Part shown: piece after piece, positions 9,931 through 20,213 of the stretch | Layout: every line of letters starts with the position of its first letter | Numbering within the stretch: position 1 is the stretch's first letter | Assembly: GCA_002069945.1 (NCBI GenBank) | Contig: MWCH01000004.1 | Coordinates: forward strand, 4,959-68,958 | From: Microgenomates group bacterium ADurb.Bin219 | GTDB taxonomy: Bacteria > Patescibacteriota > Microgenomatia > UM-FILTER-40-11 | DNA length: 64,000 nucleotides | Direction of reading: 5' to 3' | Translations under genes and position numbers: made by a program | Notes under the pieces: model-generated | Seen by the model: the letters and a program-made list of their open reading frames with translations, nothing else | Databases searched by the model: none | What the model was told of the DNA's origin: nothing

Positions 9931-11262
9931 TTAAGGCTTAATTATCATTTTTTTGTAAATATTTAGTGACTTTCTGTAAGTTAAGAGTGGTAATTTCCAA
10001 ATAAAGAGGGGGATTTTAAGAAAAAAGTCCGGGTATTTATTTGAAAGAACCGAATTTAAATACGTAAAAATCACAAAAACTGATAAGGGAGTAATTCTGC
10101 TTTTTATATTATTACCCGACGTACCAAAACCCAAAACTCTCGCGATTATTGCCAGCAATTGGTGAGAGTCCTTCTTAAAAAATAGCCTAATTTTTTTTGA
10201 TTCTATAACTAGATTTGGGCTCGCCGGCCGGTAACAAATATCTTTTTTAACTTTATTTATCAATTCTTGTCCTACTTGGGTTCTAGTTATAATAAAATTC
10301 ACACCATTATTATTCTTCATGAGCTTTGGAATCCATGAGTCGCCAAAAGAAATGTCCGCTAATTCATTAGTCAAATCCGTGCATAAAAAACATCTTTCAG
10401 GAGTAAAAAACCCCAATGTAAAAGTTTTGAACGCTTCAAGATAGGGAGTTATCTTAATCTGGCCGTTTTTTTTAATTGCCTTTATATACCCTGGCCAACC
10501 CTCACCTCGATACTGGATATTTTTAACTTCGCTTGCCTTGACTTTTAATTGTTTTAAAATAAATCTTGTTCCGGAAATGTTTACTCCCTGTCCACACATC
10601 AAGCCCAAGCAAACAATAATTTTTCTTTTTAATATTGGGTTTATTTGTTGGAACTTTCTTATACCATGAATATGACAAGGCAAGCCAACGACGGCAAATT
10701 TCTTATTTTTTGATTTTATAATTTCAGCGAGGCACTCATTTAGTGCGACCGGCGTATATTTTGACCCTTTCGCTTTAATAACATCTTTTTCATTATAAGC
10801 AATAAATGATTTAGCAATTAAAGGTTCCCGAGAATCCATTGTGGTTACTAAAGCTCCATCAATAATTTTATATTTCAAAAGATAAATCAAAATAGAAGTA
10901 ACTGCTCCTCCTGAAGAACATTGAAAACGTAGTTTTTTATCTTTCGAATAGCCCAGATAGCAATTTATAAAATAGCCTAAATTTGAGTCGTATCTTTTAT
11001 TTTTGTCTTTTCCAAAAATGTCTTTGTTCAAATTTTCAAAGTCTACTCCCAAACCAGGGCAAACTTTTAGACATAAACCACATTTGTTACATTTATCCCT
11101 ATCTACCCTCATCTCAAAATTATTTTTCCTCCGCTGATAAGAAATGGCTCTCGTGGGACAAATTGGAATACAAGTTCCACAATTTGTGCAAAGTTTTTGT
11201 CTGACAACTTTATCAATCACCTTATAAAAAAACTGAAAGAGGGGGATAAAAAAAATTGCCAA
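9931..11262 (-). CDS. FrhB-like (coenzyme F420 hydrogenase/dehydrogenase beta-subunit family) protein with two N-terminal 4Fe-4S ferredoxin motifs
   Basis: CTNCGTCIPICP and CNKCGLCLKVCP (CxxCxxCxxxCP x2) lie at the N-terminus of a ~350-aa FrhB-type body. This family is classically co-located with pyruvyl transferases in capsule/EPS clusters. Confidence 0.6.
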   Translation of the reverse strand: MAIFFIPLFQFFYKVIDKVVRQKLCTNCGTCIPICPTRAISYQRRKNNFEMRVDRDKCNKCGLCLKVCPGLGVDFENLNKDIFGKDKNKRYDSNLGYFINCYLGYSKDKKLRFQCSSGGAVTSILIYLLKYKIIDGALVTTMDSREPLIAKSFIAYNEKDVIKAKGSKYTPVALNECLAEIIKSKNKKFAVVGLPCHIHGIRKFQQINPILKRKIIVCLGLMCGQGVNISGTRFILKQLKVKASEVKNIQYRGEGWPGYIKAIKKNGQIKITPYLEAFKTFTLGFFTPERCFLCTDLTNELADISFGDSWIPKLMKNNNGVNFIITRTQVGQELINKVKKDICYRPASPNLVIESKKIRLFFKKDSHQLLAIIARVLGFGTSGNNIKSRITPLSVFVIFTYLNSVLSNKYPDFFLKIPLFIWKLPLLTYRKSLNIYKKMIIKP

Positions 11263-11328
11263 AATAGAAATTAACCATTATTAAAACCTGATTAGAATAA
11301 TTGCTTTAAATTGTCGTGAATTCGATTA

Positions 11329-11346
11329 AATGTCTTTCGAGACATT
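11329..11346 (-). promoter_or_regulatory. perfect 7-bp stem hairpin with a 4-nt loop in a 129-bp intergenic gap
   Basis: AATGTCT-TTCG-AGACATT on the plus strand (the minus-strand transcript carries the loop CGAA); located about 46 nt downstream of the stop of 11392-13665 and upstream of the FrhB-like gene. Confidence 0.3.
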
Positions 11347-11391
11347 GATTGTTAATTTTCTCTTTATAAAAATTAAATTTTAAACAATTGA

Positions 11392-13665
11392 TCATTGGTC
11401 TGAATCAAATAAAAAAAATTGCGGGAGAGCTAATTCGACTTCACAGCCGGAATTTAGTCGATAGATAGCTTGCCCGTTTAGAGTGTAAGGTTTATCAAAC
11501 TCACCGTCATAACTTAAAAGTTCATATTTATTATTCAGCACTCCTAACAGATTACTATCTCCCCAAGCAGAAGCGGTGACATTCCCCTTATAAAAACCTA
11601 AAGCAACGCAATCAGGTTTATTGGCTTTTATCCAAGTAGTGAATAAAAGCTCCTTCCCTTCATAACGTTTATCAGCAAAACCATAGCCTAAATCAACTCC
11701 ATTTTTATCTAAGCCAAGATATGGCTGAAAGATGTTAATCGGATTGTTAGAATTGTTTGAAACAAATAAAGCAACTGCTTCTACTCCATCCTCTAATTTT
11801 ATTGTTCTTTGTTCGGTTGTCTTCCAATTAACCGGATCAATTTGAACCTCCTTGCCGTTTTCGCCCAATGTCGAGATTACAAACTTATCTAAGGTGATAA
11901 TTATTTCCTTACCTTGTTTCTGACTAATTTTATAGGGAAGTTCAGATTCCCGATAGACAATTTCTTTTGTAGAAGTATTGTTAGTCCGATAAAGGTATAA
12001 AGGAGGATTATGTATTCCGTATAAAGAAGAGGAAACACTAAACGGCCCAAAAGGCTTTTGCTGGTAATTAATCTTATCAAAATATTCGACTTGCTCACTC
12101 CTTTCTAAAAGTTCTTTTAAAGCACCATACTGTTCGGAATAATAACTCGTTTCTTTAAAATCATCTAGAATATCATAATCTATAGCAGATAATATAAAAT
12201 ATCCCGTTAAATTCGAAAGTAGATCATTCGCTTTTTCTTTTTCGTCAATGTAAATCACTTTTATTTTGTATTCCTTTCCCGTTGTAACCAGTCTTTGAGA
12301 AACGGAGGTCGCGCCAGCAGTAGTAAGATGAATAAAGGAGATCTCCGATCTTCTTAAGATATGTTTATATATATACTCAAAAATCGCTTGCCTTGTGTCT
12401 TTCGACGCGAGAGCATTCGCCAACAAAGAAGTTTTAGACAGTATTGAATAAGTAAATAATATTGTAAGAAAAATAACAAAAGACTTTAATATATTCCCAC
12501 GTAACTTCTCATACAAAAAATAAAGTAAGTAAATTACTAAAAAAAGGAAGAAAATATAAATAGGTAAAAAGATCCTGTCGGTGCGATAGGCAGATAAAGA
12601 TAAATGGGTAAAAAAGATTCCAAAGACAACCGTAACAATCTTAAAGTAGGTATATTTAGTTTTAAAAATAAATAGCCCGAGTGCAATTAGTATAATTATT
12701 GGATTGGCAATGTTTGCTTTTATAAGTTCAGTGTAAAAATTAAAAGAAGATACTCCATTAGCACCTATCATAAAGGGAGAACTATTTAATCTACCGTACA
12801 TCCCCCTCATAGAATTTAAAAATCCCAAGACTCCGCCCTTTGTAAACATTTCAAAATTCGCAAAAATCCAAATTAACGGAGTACAAATAAAACCTAAAAA
12901 AATAAACAATATTTTATGATAAAAAAGGTCTTTCTTAATTACGAACAAAGAAACAAAAATAAAATTTAAAAAATACAAATAACCATTGTAGGCAAAAAGC
13001 AATGGCAAGATAGATGTTACGTAAAACTTTTTATAATTTGAGAGGTTTTTCTCTCTCCAAAAGATTAATCCGTAGTAAAGGCTTATTATTCCCAGTGCCC
13101 AAACGATTTCGTCAGCTTTAATAAAAGTCGAGTAAAGAAAAAATAACGGACTCAAGTTTATCAAAATCAGCAAGAGACTTTGAAAAAATTTCGACTTAAT
13201 TAATTCATCAAAAAGTTTTACAAAAAAATAGCTTCCAATAGTTGCAATAATTAAAACAAAAAAACGGCAATTATAGTAAATGATTTCATATACTGTTAAT
13301 AAATCTAGTTTTACATTAAAAAACAGTAAGATTTTGAACAAGCCTACGAAATACGGAAGAAGTAAATGTAAAAAAAAAGGTGGGTAAGCACAATGACTCA
13401 TCCAATCGTTAATATTCACCTTACCAGAGGCTATTAGAGAGTGAATTGGAGACGAATAGCAATTTTCGTCGGTCATGTAAGGCAGAAAAAAGTCTTTATC
13501 CCATTTCCCATGAAAAATAAAGGGTAATTTAATTGCAAAAATTATCAGGATTAAAACAAGAAGTAAATTATTACTTTTCAGCAACCAAGATTTTAAAAAA
13601 AAATATAACTTACAGGAAGAGATTCTCCATCTATTTGTTAGATAGTCTTTTTTTATGCTGCTCAC
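11392..13665 (-). CDS. large polytopic membrane protein with a C-terminal extracytoplasmic beta-rich domain (possibly GT-C-like)
   Basis: 757 aa: about 12 TM helices in the first ~480 aa, then a soluble Tyr/Gly/Asn-rich domain. No firm family assignment. Confidence 0.35.
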   Translation of the reverse strand: MSSIKKDYLTNRWRISSCKLYFFLKSWLLKSNNLLLVLILIIFAIKLPFIFHGKWDKDFFLPYMTDENCYSSPIHSLIASGKVNINDWMSHCAYPPFFLHLLLPYFVGLFKILLFFNVKLDLLTVYEIIYYNCRFFVLIIATIGSYFFVKLFDELIKSKFFQSLLLILINLSPLFFLYSTFIKADEIVWALGIISLYYGLIFWREKNLSNYKKFYVTSILPLLFAYNGYLYFLNFIFVSLFVIKKDLFYHKILFIFLGFICTPLIWIFANFEMFTKGGVLGFLNSMRGMYGRLNSSPFMIGANGVSSFNFYTELIKANIANPIIILIALGLFIFKTKYTYFKIVTVVFGIFFTHLSLSAYRTDRIFLPIYIFFLFLVIYLLYFLYEKLRGNILKSFVIFLTILFTYSILSKTSLLANALASKDTRQAIFEYIYKHILRRSEISFIHLTTAGATSVSQRLVTTGKEYKIKVIYIDEKEKANDLLSNLTGYFILSAIDYDILDDFKETSYYSEQYGALKELLERSEQVEYFDKINYQQKPFGPFSVSSSLYGIHNPPLYLYRTNNTSTKEIVYRESELPYKISQKQGKEIIITLDKFVISTLGENGKEVQIDPVNWKTTEQRTIKLEDGVEAVALFVSNNSNNPINIFQPYLGLDKNGVDLGYGFADKRYEGKELLFTTWIKANKPDCVALGFYKGNVTASAWGDSNLLGVLNNKYELLSYDGEFDKPYTLNGQAIYRLNSGCEVELALPQFFLFDSDQ

Positions 13666-14860
13666 GTTTTTTATCCTCCAATATTACATTTTTCCAGAAC
13701 TCTCTGGTAATAATATCCCATGACATCTTTTCCTCTGCTACTTGACGATTGTTCTGCCCAAATTTCTCTCTTAATTTCCTGTCGTCAATTAATTTGATGA
13801 TATTTTTAGAGAAGTCGGCAGGTTCGCCGCTTTTAGACAACAATCCGCATCTAAATTTCCTGATCACTTTTTCTGCTTCATCACCAATAGCAGTTGAGAC
13901 TATTGGTCTACCAGCAGCTAAATAATCACCTAAACGACCAGGATAGTTAGCCTTTTCATTAATACTTTCTATTCTTGGTAACAATAAAATATCAGCCGCT
14001 CTCAAATACTTTTGCATTCTAGCGTTAGATTGGGTACCTAAGCAAATTATATTGTTTAAGATGCCTGATCTCCTAAGTTTTTCTATTTGTTCTTTCCCTA
14101 AAGGGGAAATATAAATTATCATTGTCTCGGGTCTTTCTCTAACCACCAATTTCAAACCTTCTAATAAATAATCAAACGTCCATAGGGCACGGCCGACAAA
14201 ACACAGAAAGATCTTGTCTGTCGGCAAATTTAGCTCTAAACGATAAGAAATCGTACTGGTAGAATAAGAACCATTAATTTCTGCTCCATTCGGCAAATAA
14301 TAAATCTTTTCGGCGGGAATTCCGGAACTAATAAGTTTATTTTTAATCATTCCACTCACAACCGTCACTTTCTCCGCTAATTTCGGTAATTTTGTTTCTA
14401 AAAGCGTCGCTGTTGTCACTATCAGCCTACCCTTCCTGTTTAAAGATGTTAAACCATCCTTTCCCCACCAATCATCACAATCAACTAAAAACCTTCCTTT
14501 GATAACTCCTAGCGTTCTTAAAAGGTATAGAAAAATAAGTGGCAAGCCTGTTGTTAACGAAGCGACATTAAAAAAGTAGATGACATCAAACCTTCCTGCT
14601 AATGCAATTTTAATGTTCTCAAAAACTCTAATTATGTGGAATGGAAACTCAGAAAAACTGGAATTGCCGTGTTGCCCGGTCAAAAGAAAAAGATTAACTC
14701 CCTCAATAGTTTCATTTTTTACTTTTTTTGAAAAATGCTTTGGATTTAAGCAGCTTAAAGAAACTTCGTTCCCAAGCTTTGATAGACTCTTCCCTAGAAA
14801 TAAGCAACGAAAATACGTCCCGGCTCCTTGGTCATTATGATTTAAAATTAATATTTTCAT
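13631..14860 (-). CDS. GT4 family (GT-B fold, group 1) glycosyltransferase
   Basis: N-terminus MKILILNH...GAGTY...LGKSL.KLGNEV; C-terminal nucleotide-sugar-binding region with PLGKEQIEKL and GRLGDYLAAGRPIVSTAIGDEAE (E-x7-E-like). Confidence 0.7.
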   Translation of the reverse strand: MKILILNHNDQGAGTYFRCLFLGKSLSKLGNEVSLSCLNPKHFSKKVKNETIEGVNLFLLTGQHGNSSFSEFPFHIIRVFENIKIALAGRFDVIYFFNVASLTTGLPLIFLYLLRTLGVIKGRFLVDCDDWWGKDGLTSLNRKGRLIVTTATLLETKLPKLAEKVTVVSGMIKNKLISSGIPAEKIYYLPNGAEINGSYSTSTISYRLELNLPTDKIFLCFVGRALWTFDYLLEGLKLVVRERPETMIIYISPLGKEQIEKLRRSGILNNIICLGTQSNARMQKYLRAADILLLPRIESINEKANYPGRLGDYLAAGRPIVSTAIGDEAEKVIRKFRCGLLSKSGEPADFSKNIIKLIDDRKLREKFGQNNRQVAEEKMSWDIITREFWKNVILEDKKREQHKKRLSNK

Positions 14861-14866
14861 TCAAAT

Positions 14867-15664
14867 TTATAAATCTCCTATGTTTCTGAGTATATAGTTA
14901 TTATGATGGGCGAAAATATTGAAAGGAGTAAGCTCTAAAAAAGAATTTGCTTTCTTAAGGAGAAAATAAAACCGATTTGTAATCTTCCCGGGAAATTCAA
15001 AAACCATATCGGATTTCCAACACTTTTCTATGCGAAACCCATTTTCTGCAAAAATTTTTTGAGCCTCTTCATCCGAAAACAAGATTTCATGACAGCCTAT
15101 ACCTAACAATCTGGCAAAAAACTCTGCGTAAGACAATTTTCTCGGTAATTTTAATATGAACAAAAAACAATTTGGTTTCAAGACTCTTTTTAACTCTTTC
15201 AATACTATTCTTACGCTTTTAGGGTCAATATGTTCAATAACCGCACACGCCGTAATAATGTCAAAAGAACTATCCGGGTAGGGTAAATAAAGACCATCAA
15301 AATGACAAAATTCAATTTTGTATTTCTTGCTAAACTCAGCCCAAATTTTCACCTGTTGAGTTCTTGTATCCTTAAAGTTGGGATCTTTTTGACTTTGGTC
15401 ATATGTCGTATCGACTCCAAAAATTTGGAGATCGCGAAATATGTCCTGAAGAATTAACGCAAAAACCCCCGAACCAGTACCAAAATCTAAAATTTTCTGC
15501 CCCTTGCACAAATTACCAGACACGTCCCCTGCGGCTTGGTACAACGAATCAACATATAATCTACTGCTCAACATATACTCAATAGAAGTCAAATACGACA
15601 TCACTTCTTTTCTGTCGTTATTCGTTGATACTATTCTAATCATTTCAGAAATTCTTTTTCGCAT
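14867..15664 (-). CDS. class I SAM-dependent methyltransferase
   Basis: Motif I ILDFGTGSGVFALIL with acidic post-I residue (FGVD); ~265 aa Rossmann-type methyltransferase. Confidence 0.65.
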   Translation of the reverse strand: MRKRISEMIRIVSTNNDRKEVMSYLTSIEYMLSSRLYVDSLYQAAGDVSGNLCKGQKILDFGTGSGVFALILQDIFRDLQIFGVDTTYDQSQKDPNFKDTRTQQVKIWAEFSKKYKIEFCHFDGLYLPYPDSSFDIITACAVIEHIDPKSVRIVLKELKRVLKPNCFLFILKLPRKLSYAEFFARLLGIGCHEILFSDEEAQKIFAENGFRIEKCWKSDMVFEFPGKITNRFYFLLKKANSFLELTPFNIFAHHNNYILRNIGDL

Positions 15665-15666
15665 TT

Positions 15667-17115
15667 TTACCTTGATCTATGTGTTACAAGACTATATATC
15701 TTAAAACCCAATCGGTTCCCCAACGCAAATCTTATCCCCTTTGTATATAAACTTTTATTCCTGGAAAGTATATATAAAAGTCCTCCTACTATTTTCCCGA
15801 ATCTAAATCTCAAGATCGTTTTGTCATAAAGAGCGAATCCTTTCTTTAAAACGTCTCTTCTCTCTCCTTCTCTAAATTGAGGGGTTTCAAAAACTGGTTT
15901 CAGATCCCGACTCCCGATATTTTTCACAACATAATCTGGGTGGTAAATCCATGCCTCATTTTTTTCTATCCATTCGTAAAGTTCGGTGCCAGGATAAGGA
16001 ATTACGTTATAAAAATTTACGAAATTTGTTGGTAATTTTTCTGCAAATTTAATACTTTCCATCGCCGTTTTATAAGTTTCCCCGGGGTGACCTATTATAA
16101 AATTGACAGAGTTTTTTATTCCAACCAAATTTGTTAGCTTAACTGCTTTACTAACCTGGCTTAGTTTTATCTTCTTCCCAATTCGATCAATAATGCGCTG
16201 ATTCCCGGATTCGCACCCATAAGACAAAAAAATACAACCTGAAGCTTTCATCTTCCTTAGGAGTTTTAAAGTCACTCTATCAACTCTTATACCGTTGTAT
16301 AGTTGATAAGTAATTTTTAACTTTTTCTTAATTATCAAGTCACAAATATTCTCAGCTCTCTTCAAATCCAAAGTGAAACAGTCATCATTGATCTCAAAAT
16401 TTTTGAATCCTTTTTTACACCATTTATCTATTTCGTTCACCACATTCTCTGGACTTCTTGCTCTAAAACCTCTACCCATAGAAAGTCTCACTGAACAATA
16501 ATTACAACCATACGGACAACCTCGAGAGGTAATAATCGGAATCGTTTGTGTTTCATAATTGGGGTATTTTTTGAATTTAAATTCAGAATAGTCAGGAAAA
16601 GGAAGTTTGTCCAAATCCATAATAAATGGAGCATCCAGATTTTCGACAATTTCTCCGTCTTCGTTTCTCCAAATCAAATTTGGAACACTTTTATAATCTG
16701 TCTTTTTTTTCTTTAGTTCATTAATAAAGGTTAAAAAACTTTCTTCCGCCTCGAGTTTCATTGCATAATCAGCCTTGCTATCTCTTAAAACTTCCGTTCT
16801 TACAGCTGATACATGAGGACCACCAATTATTATTGGAACTTTAGATCTACTCTTGATTTTTTCAATAAGCTCTAAAACATATTTATAACAATAACTGAAA
16901 GCGGTAATGCCTATTATGTCCGGGTTAAATTTTTTAATCAAAAGAAACAGCTTTAAATCGTTGTTTTCTATCGCCTGGTCGAAAATTTTCACCTTATGAT
17001 TGTTCTTCTTTAACACTGCGCATAAATATGCAATTCCCATATGGGGGTGTCCTGGAATAACCCTTTCATCACCAAATAAAGATTTTGTCCAAGGGGAAAT
17101 AAAAATAACTTTCAT
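15667..17115 (-). CDS. B12-binding radical SAM protein (class B radical-SAM methylase-like)
   Basis: N-terminal B12-binding-like Rossmann segment (MKVIFISPW...KIFD...DIIGITAF) followed by the radical SAM cluster motif SRGCPYGCNYCS (CxxxCxxC). Confidence 0.75.
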   Translation of the reverse strand: MKVIFISPWTKSLFGDERVIPGHPHMGIAYLCAVLKKNNHKVKIFDQAIENNDLKLFLLIKKFNPDIIGITAFSYCYKYVLELIEKIKSRSKVPIIIGGPHVSAVRTEVLRDSKADYAMKLEAEESFLTFINELKKKKTDYKSVPNLIWRNEDGEIVENLDAPFIMDLDKLPFPDYSEFKFKKYPNYETQTIPIITSRGCPYGCNYCSVRLSMGRGFRARSPENVVNEIDKWCKKGFKNFEINDDCFTLDLKRAENICDLIIKKKLKITYQLYNGIRVDRVTLKLLRKMKASGCIFLSYGCESGNQRIIDRIGKKIKLSQVSKAVKLTNLVGIKNSVNFIIGHPGETYKTAMESIKFAEKLPTNFVNFYNVIPYPGTELYEWIEKNEAWIYHPDYVVKNIGSRDLKPVFETPQFREGERRDVLKKGFALYDKTILRFRFGKIVGGLLYILSRNKSLYTKGIRFALGNRLGFKIYSLVTHRSR

Positions 17116-17126
17116 AAATTTGTGAT

Positions 17127-18107
17127 CTAAATCCTTTTAACAGTCCTAATGAACTTTAGTCCATCAAAATAACCTCTAAAATAACCCGAAACTAAATCAA
17201 ATCTTTTATATTTTATGAAACTAAGAATATAAAATAATAAAAACAAATTGTTAAATAATATTAAAAAAAGTAGGTATTTCAAACTTGGAGAATAATTTTT
17301 CATAAATATTATTCTGTTGCGAGCAAAATAATATTGTCGATAAGGAGTATCCCGGGTCAATATATTTTCTCCAATATTTTTCGACACTGGAACATCGTGA
17401 TAGACAATTGATTTTGGACAGAAGATAATTTTATAACCCACTTTCCTTGCTCTCATTGACCAATCAGATTCTTCATAGTGCATCACGTAATTCGCATCCA
17501 TTTCGCCGATTTTCTTTACCACCTCACGTTTAACCATCCAAACGTTCGGTATGTGATCTGTCTCTCTCAACTGATCATATTGTCCATAATCAATTTCGTT
17601 CATACCAATGTATTTTGTCCTACTTGTTAATAAGTTTATCGTAGCCCCGGCAAATATAATTCTTTTTGGGTCTTTAAGGTAATACATCTTCGGACCTGCA
17701 AACCCAATATTTTTATCACTCTCCATAACCTTAATTAACTCAATTAAAAAGTTTTTATCAACAATATTATCGCTATCAACAAAGCAGTAATAAGCACCTT
17801 TCGCTTTTCTCATTCCTTCATTTCTCGCCTTAACTACCCCCTTGTTCTTCGAAAAAGTTATGAGCTTAGTAAATGAAAACTCATTTTCTATAATTTCTAT
17901 GGTATTATCGGTTGATCCGTCATCAATTACAATTACTTCATAGTTCTTATAATTATTTTCTAATATAGATCTAAGACAATTCTTCAATTCTTTTGCCCGG
18001 TTAAAAGTTGGAATTATTATAGAGACTAAGGGTTTTTCTATTTTTTGGCCAGAGATAATCATCGGTTTATTTTTTTTTACAAACAATTTCCCAATTATAA
18101 TATCCAA
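17127..18107 (-). CDS. GT2 family (GT-A fold) glycosyltransferase
   Basis: VSIIIPTFNRAKELKNCLRSIL...YEVIVIDDGSTDNT and the DxD motif (FVDSDN). Confidence 0.75.
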   Translation of the reverse strand: MDIIIGKLFVKKNKPMIISGQKIEKPLVSIIIPTFNRAKELKNCLRSILENNYKNYEVIVIDDGSTDNTIEIIENEFSFTKLITFSKNKGVVKARNEGMRKAKGAYYCFVDSDNIVDKNFLIELIKVMESDKNIGFAGPKMYYLKDPKRIIFAGATINLLTSRTKYIGMNEIDYGQYDQLRETDHIPNVWMVKREVVKKIGEMDANYVMHYEESDWSMRARKVGYKIIFCPKSIVYHDVPVSKNIGENILTRDTPYRQYYFARNRIIFMKNYSPSLKYLLFLILFNNLFLLFYILSFIKYKRFDLVSGYFRGYFDGLKFIRTVKRI

Positions 18108-18777
18108 TGATTGGTATTTTTACTTTCCTCAAAAGCCTTAACTGTAAACTTCTTTCATATGCATCATTCCTAAAGCCGATCCTTTTTAAAAAAAAATCAG
18201 TAATGGGAAACCATTGTAAAGACTTATTATTTTTTAAAATTTCCAGATCAAATTTTTTGAATTTTCCAATTAATTGCTTATCGTATGAATATTCTCTTTC
18301 GTGTGTTGGATCTATCACCCAATTATTATTTTTATCTTTATAAAAAAACCAGCCATACCACTTTTTAAACACAGTTGAAATATAAGCAATTCCACCTTTC
18401 TTTAATATTCTTTCGATCTCTTTTATCATTAACTCGTCATCTTGCACATGTTCTATTACCTGATTTAAGATGATTAAATCAATTTCTGAATTTTTAATTT
18501 TAGAAATATTGCAGACATCAGAGACCATACACTTAATTCTACCGTCAATACGTTTAACATTTGCAATACGATCCTTTGAAATGTCGATCGCATATATCTT
18601 GCTAAATTGACCCAACAATTTTTTCTTACCTAAAGCATATAGAATAGACCCATCCCCACAACCTAGATCTGCCAAACTATTAAAACTCTTATTGTTAAGA
18701 ACTAATTTCACTATTGTAGAAGGCAAATCGTCGGTATAATAGTGAATAAATTTTTTTGAATATTGATCTATCTCCAT
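18067..18777 (-). CDS. class I SAM-dependent methyltransferase
   Basis: Motif I LADLGCGDGSILYAL with acidic post-I residue (IDIS). The ORF track gives the start at 18849, but the internal Met (MEIDQYSKK..., about 18777) avoids an 82-nt overlap with the upstream GT2 gene, so I prefer it. Confidence 0.6.
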   Translation of the reverse strand: MEIDQYSKKFIHYYTDDLPSTIVKLVLNNKSFNSLADLGCGDGSILYALGKKKLLGQFSKIYAIDISKDRIANVKRIDGRIKCMVSDVCNISKIKNSEIDLIILNQVIEHVQDDELMIKEIERILKKGGIAYISTVFKKWYGWFFYKDKNNNWVIDPTHEREYSYDKQLIGKFKKFDLEILKNNKSLQWFPITDFFLKRIGFRNDAYERSLQLRLLRKVKIPIIGYYNWEIVCKKK

Positions 18778-19751
18778 AATATTTTTCTGATAGAGTAATA
18801 ACTGTAGATAAATAAAGTGAGAATAGTAATGAGAGGGTGGAAAACCCAATTAATGTTTTTTTTATTTTTATAGCCAATTAGAGAATCTATAAAAAGCGGT
18901 AATATCAATAACGATTTCACAATTAATATTAATAATTTAGCTTCGTTTACCTTAAAATAGTACTTACGCTCAAACTCTTCTCCTTTAAATCTTCTTGCTC
19001 TTCTGGCTTTTTTCATTAAGAAAGTTTTTATAGAACCATCCTGCTTATGTATTACTCCACAATGTACCTTCGCATATAAGTTTTTTTTATTTTTAAAAAT
19101 TTCAGCAATAATGTCTGTGTGTAAAAATTTTTCATATTTTATCCGAAGGAGAACTTTCTTTCGTATAAATGAACTATTGGCACCCAAAGGAGGAACATTC
19201 TCATCCTTAAACTGAATAACTTCATAACTATCATTTCCCTCTTTTATGCTGTACCGAGAATCGGTCCATGAACCCTTAAAAAAACACCAACGATCATATA
19301 CTCCCAAATATATTGACACTGGATCATCTCCTCCTATTAGAGAAATGTACTGAGTTATCTTGTCATCGGTTATTCTCGACTCATAAAATAGTGGCTCAGA
19401 AACACAAACATCCTGATATTCCATGAACGGCCTAACTACTTTAATCAGAAACTTTTTATCAATTAAAAAATTATCCGCATCTACAAATCCTAAAACATCT
19501 CCACTTGATTTTTCTATCCCTATTACCCTTCCGACTTCTTCAACCTTATCAGGATTCATATACACCTTTCCTGTATAGTTTTTGGCGATTTTTAAGGAAT
19601 TGTCCTTTGAAAATCCATCAACAATTATTATTTCAATTTTACTTTTAGGATAATCTTGCTGCGTTAAATACCTTAAACACTCTTCTAGCGTTGCGGCATT
19701 ATTATAAGTGGGTATGACTATCGATACCGAGGGTAAATTTTTAGTGGCCAT
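18768..19751 (-). CDS. GT2 family glycosyltransferase
   Basis: VSIVIPTYNNAATLEECLRYL...IEIIIVDGFSKDNS and DxD (FVDADN); a C-terminal TM helix. Confidence 0.7.
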   Translation of the reverse strand: MATKNLPSVSIVIPTYNNAATLEECLRYLTQQDYPKSKIEIIIVDGFSKDNSLKIAKNYTGKVYMNPDKVEEVGRVIGIEKSSGDVLGFVDADNFLIDKKFLIKVVRPFMEYQDVCVSEPLFYESRITDDKITQYISLIGGDDPVSIYLGVYDRWCFFKGSWTDSRYSIKEGNDSYEVIQFKDENVPPLGANSSFIRKKVLLRIKYEKFLHTDIIAEIFKNKKNLYAKVHCGVIHKQDGSIKTFLMKKARRARRFKGEEFERKYYFKVNEAKLLILIVKSLLILPLFIDSLIGYKNKKNINWVFHPLITILTLFIYSYYSIRKILWR

Positions 19752-20199
19752 TAAAAGCAGATATATTAAAATTGTAAATAAATCTACGAATAAGAAAATA
19801 TGCTAACGGAGCACGAACAAAAGGCGACTGATCAATTATTAGATGACAAAAATATGGCAAAATTAATGCCCAAAAAATTCCTGGTATTCTTTTGAAAAAC
19901 TTCCTTGCGAATAACCCTAAAATCAATAAATATTCCCAACCATGAAATAAAACAAATACTTTATTTGTCGCCTTGACATAAACATCCGGCTTAAAAAAAT
20001 CCAGTAAATTTAATTTTCCCTGTACCGCAGTAATTGAATAATAAAAAAAATCAAAAAAATGATCAACGTCAATTAAAATTCCCGTTAAATAAGAAATCAT
20101 TACTAACCGAAGATCGTGATATTTCCGCCAAAGGCAAACAGTAATTAAGGAAGTCACCAATAGATGCTTTGATAAATCAACAATTGTGTTTTGGGGCAT
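19741..20199 (-). CDS. small membrane protein, possible DUF457/YdjM-like membrane-bound metal-dependent hydrolase
   Basis: 152 aa with about four TM helices and the signature LTGILIDVDHFFD. Weak family call. Confidence 0.3.
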   Translation of the reverse strand: MPQNTIVDLSKHLLVTSLITVCLWRKYHDLRLVMISYLTGILIDVDHFFDFFYYSITAVQGKLNLLDFFKPDVYVKATNKVFVLFHGWEYLLILGLFARKFFKRIPGIFWALILPYFCHLIIDQSPFVRAPLAYFLIRRFIYNFNISAFNGH

Positions 20200-20213
20200 T
20201 TTATCTTATTTAA

